51,322 nucleotides of DNA, from positions 1 through 51,322 of the forward strand of contig JBDKUG010000191.1 in the NCBI GenBank assembly GCA_039679815.1, in the 5' to 3' direction. Below the pieces are notes generated by a model. It saw only the letters and a list, made by a program, of their open reading frames with translations, made no database searches and was not told the DNA's origin. This document shows, piece after piece, positions 29,739-37,796 of this stretch. The position numbers were made by a program, and so were the translations under genes. The DNA is from Smithella sp. (GTDB taxonomy: Bacteria; Desulfobacterota; Syntrophia; Syntrophales; Smithellaceae). How positions within the stretch are numbered: the first letter of the stretch is position 1; every line of letters begins with the position of its first letter.

Positions 29739-30770
29739 TCATGTCATAATGATTCCGGCGCGCTTCAGTGCTGAATTCAGGATGTCGGTAATGAGACGGT
29801 CATAGGGGATACCTGCAAGTCTGCAAAGAATGGGCAGATCAGAGCGGATTGGATTCAGGCCCGCCAGAGAATTGACTTCCATAAAATGAGGAAGGCCGTC
29901 AGCATCAGAGCGCAGATCAATGCGTCCCCCGTCTTTCAACCCGAGGCCCCGCCAGGCCCGTAGTGATATTTCCATGGCCTGCCTGGCTTCGGCATCATCC
30001 ACGGCGGCATATTGCACGAGGTTTTCGTAATGCTCCTTGTTTTCGTAGGAGTAAGCATTCTGTTCGGCATCGGGGTTCAGGAGAACCTCCATGGCGCCGA
30101 GGGCTCTGGCTTCTTTTCCCGTTCCAACGATTCCCACGGTGAACTCCCGTCCGGGCAGAAAGGTTTCCACCAGCACCGGCTGACAAAATGTCTTGAGAAG
30201 GTTTACGCAAACCCTGTGCAGGTCTTCGGTGTTGTTGATCTTGGAAAGAGCTGTGATGCCCTTGCCCGTTCCTTCCGCGACGGGTTTGGCAAAAAGGGGA
30301 TAGGGAAGTGAAACGAGGCCGATATCCTCCGGATCGGAAACAACATCAAAGTCGGGTGTGGGGATTCCCAGGTCGCGCACAACATGCTTGGTCATGCCCT
30401 TGTGAAGGGTCAGGGCCTGCCCGAGGGCGTCGGAGAAGGTGTAGGGGATTTTGTAGGCATCCAGAAGCGCGGGAACCTGCGCCTCCCTTCCGAAGCCGTG
30501 AAGGCCCTCGGCGATGTTGAAGACAAGATCCCAGCGATCGCCTGCGGCAAGACGACGGGTCAATGATTGAATATGGCCGATCCGGTCGGTCGCATAACCG
30601 TTTTTCAAAATGACTTTTTCAATGGCTTCGATGGTATCAGGCTTGTCGAACTCAGCAGTTTCTTCCAGGCTGTAGCCTTCATGCAGATAGTCGTCGCGCA
30701 AATCGTAGGTCAGGCCGACCGTTATTTTTTGAGGGGTGCTGGTTGACGAACAGTTTATGTTACCGGACAT
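29739..30770 (-). CDS. D-alanine--D-alanine ligase-like ATP-grasp enzyme (paralogue 2)
   Basis: 343-aa ORF with ...LVFNIAEGLHGFGREAQVPALLDAYKIPYTFSD...HKGMTKHVVRDLGIPTPDF...FAKPVAEGTGKGI...REFTVGIVGTG...GGRIDLRSDADGLPHFMEVN... Confidence 0.75.
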   Translation of the reverse strand: MSGNINCSSTSTPQKITVGLTYDLRDDYLHEGYSLEETAEFDKPDTIEAIEKVILKNGYATDRIGHIQSLTRRLAAGDRWDLVFNIAEGLHGFGREAQVPALLDAYKIPYTFSDALGQALTLHKGMTKHVVRDLGIPTPDFDVVSDPEDIGLVSLPYPLFAKPVAEGTGKGITALSKINNTEDLHRVCVNLLKTFCQPVLVETFLPGREFTVGIVGTGKEARALGAMEVLLNPDAEQNAYSYENKEHYENLVQYAAVDDAEARQAMEISLRAWRGLGLKDGGRIDLRSDADGLPHFMEVNSLAGLNPIRSDLPILCRLAGIPYDRLITDILNSALKRAGIIMT

Positions 30771-30784
30771 AAATATTCACGATC

Positions 30785-32095
30785 CTAATGGATATCTTTC
30801 GATTCGGCGTGATTGTCCGGATAGCGGAAAATATTACCTTCGTAATTGCGCATCATCAGATCGCCCTTGTCCCAGCCGATGGCATATTCGGGAAGAAGCG
30901 GAATCTTACCTCCTCCGCCGGGGGCATCAACGACATAAGTTGGCACGGCATATCCGGTTGTGTGACCCCGCAGGCCCTGGATGATTTCCAGACCCTTGCT
31001 GATAGGTGTGCGAAAATGAGAGGAGCCGGGAATCGGATCGCATTGATACAGGTAGTAGGGGCGGACCCGAATCTGCAGGAGGCCGTGCACCAGCCGGGTC
31101 ATTGTGGAGACCGAGTCATTAATGCCGGCGAGCAGAACCGTCTGGCTGCCCAGGGGAATGCCGGCATCGGCCAGGCGAATGCAGGCGGCGCTCATCTCGG
31201 GGGTCAGTTCGTCGGGATGCGTGATGTGGATGCTCATCCAGAGAGGGTGATATTTTTTTAGCATGGAAACAAGCGTCGGCGAAATGAGCTGCGGCATGAC
31301 AACGGGTGCCTTGGTGCCGATTCTTACCAGATCAACATGTGGAATGTCCTTGAGCCTTGAAAGCAGCCATTCGAGCTTATCGTCGGGCAGAGTGAGGGGG
31401 TCGCCGCCGGACAGCAGCACATCGCGAATATTCGGATTCGATTCGATGTAGGCCAGGGCTTTTTCCCATTTGGCCGTGTCAATAAAACATTGATGCTGCC
31501 GTCCGAAGATTCGGGATCGGGTGCAATAACGGCAATACGTCGAGCAGATATCAGTAACAAGGAACAGAACGCGGTCGGGATAACGATGGATGATGCCGGG
31601 AACGGGAGAGTCGGCATCTTCACAAAGAGGATCTTCTTCTTCGCCTTTGGTATGCAGGCATTCGTCAACCACCGGGACGACGGTGCGGCGAAGCGGATCA
31701 GAAGGATCCTGCACGGAAAGGAGACTGGCGTAGTAAGGGGTAATGGCGACAGGAAGATCACCCGACGGGTGCATCATTGCCTGTCGTTCATTGTCGGAAA
31801 GATGAATAATGGCATCCAGAGAATGGACAGCGCGGATCGCGTTTTGAAACTGCCACCGCCAGTCAAACCATTCAATACGGCTGATCTCAGGATAATGTTT
31901 TTTGCGGAAGGCGCGTGATCGGGGTGAATCTTTGAAAGGGAAATAAAGTCTCTCCGGCTTTGATTTTGCCAGGGAAGGTTGCTGTCTGTTCATGGGCAAC
32001 GAAAACAGCCTCGTTGCTGAGTCTTGAATCGCAGCAAGGTCGGTCGTTGGACCAGGAGGTTCCGCCTCCTCATTAAACAGCGTTTCGTTCTCCAT
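30785..32095 (-). CDS. kamA: KamA-family radical SAM amino acid 2,3-aminomutase (lysine 2,3-aminomutase-like)
   Basis: Radical SAM motif CSTYCRYCTRS, with ...WFDWRWQFQNAI... upstream and ...RVRPYYLYQCD...G..HFRT... downstream. These are typical of KamA/AblA/EpmB-type enzymes. Substrate was not determined. Confidence 0.85.
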   Translation of the reverse strand: MENETLFNEEAEPPGPTTDLAAIQDSATRLFSLPMNRQQPSLAKSKPERLYFPFKDSPRSRAFRKKHYPEISRIEWFDWRWQFQNAIRAVHSLDAIIHLSDNERQAMMHPSGDLPVAITPYYASLLSVQDPSDPLRRTVVPVVDECLHTKGEEEDPLCEDADSPVPGIIHRYPDRVLFLVTDICSTYCRYCTRSRIFGRQHQCFIDTAKWEKALAYIESNPNIRDVLLSGGDPLTLPDDKLEWLLSRLKDIPHVDLVRIGTKAPVVMPQLISPTLVSMLKKYHPLWMSIHITHPDELTPEMSAACIRLADAGIPLGSQTVLLAGINDSVSTMTRLVHGLLQIRVRPYYLYQCDPIPGSSHFRTPISKGLEIIQGLRGHTTGYAVPTYVVDAPGGGGKIPLLPEYAIGWDKGDLMMRNYEGNIFRYPDNHAESKDIH

Positions 32096-32467
32096 TCATT
32101 CTCCTTCCGGAACAATGTCTCCGTAAAAAAAACCAACCAAGAAAATACATTGTTTTTTTTGAATTTACGCACACAGAAAAATTTGTCAACAATTATTTTG
32201 CATTTTGGGGGAAAAAGTGAAAAAAATTTTTAAGAAAAAGTCGAAACTGTATCTGGTGATGCAAATGATGCGGCATAATGTTAAGAAGCAAAAAGAAAAG
32301 AGTCCGGAGAAAATCTCATTGTCACCGCAGCGGGAAGCATCAGGCGCAAAGGTAAGTGACGGTGATCTTCTTCATGGTCAAATGCAGGCGGGCAAAGGAT
32401 ATGGCGCGACGCATTCTCCAGGAGGCCCACTGGAAGATTTGAAATAAAGAAAAGCAGGAGACAGCAA

Positions 32468-33241
32468 ATGCCCGAACTTCCGGAAGTAGAAACGCTTTGC
32501 CGTCAGCTTCGTCAGAAGGCAGCAGGAGCAAAAATATTACGGACAGCCGTCTATGATAAAAAACTGACAGGGCAGGAAAGCATCAGAGGTTGTGTCATTC
32601 AAGACGTACGTCGGTGCGGGAAAACAATACACATGATCCTCAATGACGGCAGAAGCGTCTTGATTCATTTGCGCATGACGGGGCGGTTGTTCTGGCGGGA
32701 TCACGAACTGAAAGAACCGCATACCCGATGGAGGATGACGACAGACTGCGGAAATGTTGATCTGATCGATCCGCGACGCTTCGCAACGGTGAAGATTGAG
32801 AAGACGCGACCAGAAAGGGACAATAAAGATATTCTGCTGAACTTCAGCATGAAGACTTTTCTGGAGAGGCAGGCTAAAAGAAAAGTCAGCGTCAAAATAT
32901 TACTGATGGATCCGCAGGCTATATCCGGCATCGGTAATATTTACGCCTGTGAGATTTTGCACAGGGCGGGTATTTCACCTTTTCGCCAGGCAACGGCGAT
33001 AAGCGACGATGAATGGATACTGATTTTCCGGCACGCGAAGCGTATTTTGAAAAAAGGAATTGAAAACAGGGGAACATCCATTTCCGACTGGCGTGATCTT
33101 TACGGATGTTCAGGAGAGAACCAGAAACAGCTTAAGGTTTACGGACAGGAGGGAAAGACTTGTCGTACATGCGGAAGCATCATTGAGAGAGTCAGGCAAT
33201 CCGGTCGCAGCACTTATTACTGTCCCCTTTGTCAGGCATAG
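32468..33241 (+). CDS. mutM: formamidopyrimidine-DNA glycosylase (Fpg/MutM)
   Basis: N-terminus MPELPEVETL and a C-terminal zinc finger ...CRTCGS.I.......GRSTYYCPLCQ. Confidence 0.9.
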   Translation: MPELPEVETLCRQLRQKAAGAKILRTAVYDKKLTGQESIRGCVIQDVRRCGKTIHMILNDGRSVLIHLRMTGRLFWRDHELKEPHTRWRMTTDCGNVDLIDPRRFATVKIEKTRPERDNKDILLNFSMKTFLERQAKRKVSVKILLMDPQAISGIGNIYACEILHRAGISPFRQATAISDDEWILIFRHAKRILKKGIENRGTSISDWRDLYGCSGENQKQLKVYGQEGKTCRTCGSIIERVRQSGRSTYYCPLCQA

Positions 33242-33737
33242 AATTTTATAACATACCAGGGACTTTTTGTCTGAATGACTTTTCCTTTTTACTAAAACAC
33301 TACACTAGGCAATTGGAGTGTTCCAGATTGTCCGTCGTGGTAAGTTGCAAGAAGAGGAAAGCAAGTTCCACGACAAGAATGTTTCTTAAAAAACAACAAT
33401 AATATAATAAAATCAATAAGATAAGAAAAACAGAAGCTATCGGTAAGTTTAATGCGTATAAAAAAATCATGGATGAAATAATGAAAATTCCCTTATAAAA
33501 CGACAAAACAATTCTGTATCACACTTGATGTTTGTGTTCGTATCAGAGTGAATAAAATGGGTTTTCAGCAACCCTTCTGGGGGAAATTATGGAGGAATCT
33601 ATGCCGGATATCAAGGGAAGAGATTTTGAAAAACAAGTGCGGTGGCTGTAGTGGTTACATTAACATGTCTTTGCGGGTTAAAATGAATGGTACTCCACTT
33701 AAAGAGCGTCGCCGCTTGCAGAAAGAGAAACAGACAA

Positions 33738-34820
33738 TTAATGAACAAAGATAGGATTGGAAAAGATCCAGGGCCTGAATATGCCGGCTGATTTTAAGAA
33801 AATTTCGACACGATAGACCCCGGCTTCCTCAACCGGTGCAGAAAAACGACTGCCAACCCCATGAAGCCATTCGCGTCCGTTTCTAATAATCCGAATCAAT
33901 GCTTTTTCCGGACATGATACCGATAAGTGCGCGGTGTTCGAGAGCTTGAAAGAGTCTCCCTGATAAAATTCCTGATTTTCCTGTTCAATGGAAAATTGAA
34001 ACCCCTGAGCGGGGCGGAAATATTCCAGGGCAAAATAACAGCGTCCATGAATCAATGATTGAAATACCATGTCGGTGTCCTGCCGGCTGTTGCCGGTGAA
34101 ACTCTCCGCAGTTAAGACATGTGTGCGTATAAACCGGAAAGCCCGGTCGAAGGGAAAGGCTACAAAGGAAATGCCCAAGAGGGTTTTCACGCTGGCGTGA
34201 TTGTCCAGTTCTCCTATACCCACAGTTTTTTTAATCCGGTTCAGGGCGTCCCATCTTTCCAGGGTAATGCGGCTCGGCCCTTTTAGAAAATAGGCCGGAA
34301 AAAGAAAACACATAAGACCGCTTATGTAACCATGCAGGCTTTTTTGCCAGTCCGTCATAAAATCCCAGACGCTTATTGCCTTATAACCATTGACTTTCCA
34401 GTCATTCCAGCAATAATGTTTCACGTGAAACATTTTGGTTCCTTCGTGATCTGGATGGGCAATAATTCCAAAACCTCCCTGATCCCTGACGGCATCGATA
34501 TATTTTTGGGGATTTTTCCCTTCAGGATCGTCAGAACAAACGATAGGTTCCTTGATGTTAAATGCAAGGTAATGGTTGAAGCGAGGTGCTATTTCTTCTC
34601 CGACAATGATCAGTGTTTTTCCTTGCCACCCCTCCCATCCCTCATTTCTGGCTTGCAGGTTATCATGATCGGTGAGCATTAAAAAATCAATGCTGTTTTT
34701 TTGAGCGGCGGAAAGGATGTGTTCCATCGGGGCATGGCCGTCAAAAGAATATGAAGAGTGCAGGTGAATAACACCTGTATAATCGTAGAATTTCATAAGG
34801 ATGGTATTAGATTGTTTCAT
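33738..34820 (-). CDS. PHP-domain (CehA/McbA-like) metal-dependent phosphoesterase family protein
   Basis: 360-aa ORF. The N-terminus ...GVIHLHSSYSFDGH......A......DFLMLTDHD... plus ...IIAHPDHEG... is a PHP-type His/Asp pattern. Confidence 0.6.
   Translation of the reverse strand: MKQSNTILMKFYDYTGVIHLHSSYSFDGHAPMEHILSAAQKNSIDFLMLTDHDNLQARNEGWEGWQGKTLIIVGEEIAPRFNHYLAFNIKEPIVCSDDPEGKNPQKYIDAVRDQGGFGIIAHPDHEGTKMFHVKHYCWNDWKVNGYKAISVWDFMTDWQKSLHGYISGLMCFLFPAYFLKGPSRITLERWDALNRIKKTVGIGELDNHASVKTLLGISFVAFPFDRAFRFIRTHVLTAESFTGNSRQDTDMVFQSLIHGRCYFALEYFRPAQGFQFSIEQENQEFYQGDSFKLSNTAHLSVSCPEKALIRIIRNGREWLHGVGSRFSAPVEEAGVYRVEIFLKSAGIFRPWIFSNPIFVH
34417..34432. promoter_or_regulatory. parS centromere-like site (perfect consensus)
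   Basis: TGTTTCACGTGAAACA is an exact match to the 16-bp palindromic parS consensus bound by Spo0J/ParB. It lies inside the PHP-domain gene. Confidence 0.7.
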
Positions 34821-34833
34821 CCGTTTTGTCCAT

Positions 34834-34867
34834 AAAAAAGGGCAGACCGGTTGGCCTGCCCTTTTTT
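34834..34867 (-). terminator. intrinsic terminator after degP (A/T flanked)
   Basis: AAAAAAGGGCAGACC-GGTT-GGCCTGCCCTTTTTTA: a 9-bp stem with one mismatch and T-runs on both strands. It lies between the degP stop (34888) and the PHP gene start (34820). Confidence 0.65.
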
Positions 34868-34887
34868 ATGGTTTAAGATGCTCTAAA

Positions 34888-36381
34888 CTATTGTGTCCGA
34901 AGTGCTACAAAGAAGCTCGCCCGGCCGCGTTTGACCAACAGGGTGACACTCTTCTTTTGAACCGCTTTTGAGATCTCCCGGTTATAATCATTCATCGAAG
35001 ATACTTTCACCCGGTTAACTTGAACAATGATGTCCTGCGGCTGCATGCCGACTTCATCCGCCGGGCTTCCTTCCTGTATATCTGTAATGATGACACCTTC
35101 AGATTTGATGCCTAATTGTCTCGCTATTTCCGGCGTGATTTCCTGAGCTGAAATTCCAAAATGACCTTTTTCCGACTTTTCAGCTGTTACCGCCACATTG
35201 TCTTTTCGTTCCGCTACCGTTACCCGGAAAGTCATTTCTTTGCCATCTCGAATGGCTTTTATATTCATTTTCTGTCCAACTTGCAGCGCTGCAATGGTCA
35301 GCAATAACTCATGAGTGTCTTTTATGGGTTTTCCGTTTATTTCCGTGATAATATCACCAACTTTTATGCCGGCCTGATCTGCAGGATCTCCTTTGAAGAC
35401 ATCCGATACCAAGGCTCCGCCCTTGTTTTGATGATTCAGATTTTTAGCGATATCGTCAGAGATATCCTGAACGGAGATTCCCAGCCAACCGCGTGTGACT
35501 TTACCCTTTGTTTTCAAGTCCGCTAAAATACTTTTTGCCATGTTGATGGGTATGGCAAATCCGATGCCCTGACCCTGAGCGACAATAGCCGTATTGATGC
35601 CAATGACTTTTCCCTCCATGTTAAACAGCGGCCCGCCGCTGTTGCCGGGATTAATGGAGGCATCGGAGTGAATAAAATTGTCGTACGGCCCGGCTCCGAT
35701 AACACGGCCTTTGGCACTGACGATGCCGGCTGTCACGGTAGCATCTAAACCGAACGGGTTGCCGATAGCAATCACCCATTCACCGACTTTTACTTTTTCT
35801 GAATCTCCGATTTCCGCGACCGGAAGGCTATTGCTCGGATTGATTTTAATCAGAGCGATGTCCGTATTGGCATCTGTTCCGATCACCTTGGCTTCGTATT
35901 CCTTGCCGTCAGATATTTTTACAAGAATTGTATCAGCCTGTTCCACAACATGATTGTTGGTAAAAATGTATCCATCATTACTGATGATGAACCCGGATCC
36001 GAGGCTGCGCTGCTTAAATTCGCGTCGCGGCATGTCTCCGAAAAACCGATCGAAAAAATCATCTCCGAAAGGCGATCCCCCGAAAGGTGAGCCTCCAAAT
36101 GGCGATCTTCCGAAGGGTGTGCCAAAACTGCGGCCCTTATAAGTCTTGGAAGTGCTGATGTTGACGACTGCGGGTTTAACACGTTCTGTCAGCTCGGAAA
36201 AAGAAAGGGGTGTTTTGACGGCTGCATCCGGAATAGCGGGAACGGCTTGAGCAACCGGAATTTCCGGCGCGCCGGAAGTGGTAAACGATGATCGCAGAAC
36301 TCCCACCAGGGATACAATAAAAAAAGCAACAAGAAATGCCATTAAAAACATGAAAAATGTTTTTCGATTTGAATTTTTCAT
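34888..36381 (-). CDS. degP: periplasmic serine endoprotease DegP/HtrA (Do family, two PDZ domains)
   Basis: 497-aa ORF with a signal/anchor segment, the catalytic segments ...TNNHVV..., ...DIALIKI... and ...GNSGGPL..., and two PDZ-like regions. Confidence 0.9.
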   Translation of the reverse strand: MKNSNRKTFFMFLMAFLVAFFIVSLVGVLRSSFTTSGAPEIPVAQAVPAIPDAAVKTPLSFSELTERVKPAVVNISTSKTYKGRSFGTPFGRSPFGGSPFGGSPFGDDFFDRFFGDMPRREFKQRSLGSGFIISNDGYIFTNNHVVEQADTILVKISDGKEYEAKVIGTDANTDIALIKINPSNSLPVAEIGDSEKVKVGEWVIAIGNPFGLDATVTAGIVSAKGRVIGAGPYDNFIHSDASINPGNSGGPLFNMEGKVIGINTAIVAQGQGIGFAIPINMAKSILADLKTKGKVTRGWLGISVQDISDDIAKNLNHQNKGGALVSDVFKGDPADQAGIKVGDIITEINGKPIKDTHELLLTIAALQVGQKMNIKAIRDGKEMTFRVTVAERKDNVAVTAEKSEKGHFGISAQEITPEIARQLGIKSEGVIITDIQEGSPADEVGMQPQDIIVQVNRVKVSSMNDYNREISKAVQKKSVTLLVKRGRASFFVALRTQ

Positions 36382-36452
36382 ACTTATCCTCCAAAAAGAA
36401 ATATGCTTAGCCTTCTTTTCATTCCAGGCAAGAACATATTATATTGTAATAG

Positions 36453-36480
36453 AATATAACGATATGATCTTATTTGTCAA
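36453..36480 (-). promoter_or_regulatory. candidate sigma70-type promoter for degP
   Basis: On the minus strand, TTGACA (36480-36475), a 16-nt spacer, then TATATT (36458-36453). This is about 70 nt upstream of the degP ATG. Sequence match only. Confidence 0.3.
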
Positions 36481-36558
36481 TCAAAAACGTTTTAATAATG
36501 GCCGTTTGAAGTCTCTTTCATCCTGTGTTAGGATAAATACCTGTTCGGAGATCGATAG

Positions 36559-37344
36559 ATGAAAAGCTTCTGGGAAAAACTGGGGCGTGCCGCCATCGGA
36601 ATTTTTGAAGATTCCGCTGATACGATTGTATTTGCAGGCAGGGTTTTTGCGCGCATTTTTCAACGTAAAACATATTCCAGCGCCATGCGTGAAGTCCTGG
36701 TGAACCAGATCTACTTTACCTCTGTGCAGATTCTGCCGGTTTTTATCGTTGTTTCTGCCTTTTTCGGCTCACTGCTGATCGGCATTGTTTTTACAATGCT
36801 CAAGGATCTGGGTCTTACCGAATTCATTGGCCATGTTTTGATGGGACTGATCGTAACGGAATTATCCCCTTTTTTGACAGTGCTGCTCATCACATTGCGA
36901 TCGGCCTCTGCGATCAATACGGAAATGGCTGTTATGAAAGTGAACCGTGAACTGAAAACACTGGAGACGTTCCGGATTGACATTGTCGATTATCTTCTGG
37001 CTCCCAGGGTTCTCAACGGGATCATCTCCATCGTATTATTGAGCAGTCTTTTCTCTATTGTGCTGCTGATCAGCGGGATTCTTTTTGCCAAACTTATTTT
37101 TGGTATGAATATCAATGTTTATACAAATATGGTGTTAAATTCGACCCGTTTTTCTGATATAATATTAATGTTATTCAAATGTGCGATTTACGGGTTTTTT
37201 ATCACTTTGATCCCGATACGTTTCGGCCTGCGGGCATCGCACGAACTGACCAGTATTCCCGTTGCCGTTTCCAGAGGTATGGTTAACGTTTTTGCAGCCA
37301 TTGTGATTATCGAGGTGCTGTCATTACTAATAAAATTATATTAA
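36559..37344 (+). CDS. mlaE: MlaE-family ABC transporter permease
   Basis: 261-aa polytopic ORF with ...QIYFTSVQILPVF.V......G..... and ...LR.ASAI..E...MKV..E...L..... It is followed by an MlaD-type gene. Confidence 0.8.
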   Translation: MKSFWEKLGRAAIGIFEDSADTIVFAGRVFARIFQRKTYSSAMREVLVNQIYFTSVQILPVFIVVSAFFGSLLIGIVFTMLKDLGLTEFIGHVLMGLIVTELSPFLTVLLITLRSASAINTEMAVMKVNRELKTLETFRIDIVDYLLAPRVLNGIISIVLLSSLFSIVLLISGILFAKLIFGMNINVYTNMVLNSTRFSDIILMLFKCAIYGFFITLIPIRFGLRASHELTSIPVAVSRGMVNVFAAIVIIEVLSLLIKLY

Positions 37345-37391
37345 ATTTTTTTGAAAATGATCAGGCGCTCAATCAGTCTCTGGAGGGGTTT

Positions 37392-37796
37392 ATGCGAGAA
37401 TTTGCCACGCAGGCGGCACCGGTGTCCGTGGACGTTCCGTTGATTTCCAATCAGGATGTGTATATGAATATAGCCCTGATTAAAGAATATCACGAGAACA
37501 TGCCCAGGCAGCAGGCCGAGCGACTGGCTGTTCATTGTCTCGGGAGAATAGGTCTTGAACACATTGCGTATAAACGTAATCCCTCGTTGACGTTCGAAGA
37601 GAGATTTGGTGTAATGCTGCTGCGGGCCGCCATGGTAAAAGATGCCATGATTCTGATTGACAAGCCCTTTGAGCTTATTCCCCATTTGCAGGATAGTCAA
37701 ATGATCACATCCATGCTGAAAACCATAGGTGATTTATACTTGAGTTGTCATATATATGATTATCAATGGATGCAGGAAAAGTATGGTGAACTATGA
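37392..37796 (+). CDS. half-size ABC-ATPase-like protein lacking Walker A, with degenerate signature and Walker B motifs
   Basis: 134-aa ORF in the position where mlaF is expected. It aligns by eye to the C-terminal half of ABC ATPases: LTFEERFGVMLLRAAM (in place of LSGGQ.QRVA.ARAL) and AMILIDKPF (in place of ILLLDEP). The RBS is GGAGGGG, and its stop overlaps the mlaD ATG. Confidence 0.55.
   Translation: MREFATQAAPVSVDVPLISNQDVYMNIALIKEYHENMPRQQAERLAVHCLGRIGLEHIAYKRNPSLTFEERFGVMLLRAAMVKDAMILIDKPFELIPHLQDSQMITSMLKTIGDLYLSCHIYDYQWMQEKYGEL

Noticed and set aside
32205-32447. 80-aa Lys-rich ORF upstream of mutM
   Set aside because: It has a non-ATG start, low-complexity basic composition and no family resemblance. 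It lies in the divergent promoter region between kamA and mutM. It is not supportable as a gene without expression data.
36060-36130. Tandem GGSPF x3 repeat near the DegP N-terminus
   Set aside because: It is a short low-complexity linker within an otherwise canonical HtrA protease. Such Gly/Pro-rich linkers are common and do not indicate a separate feature.
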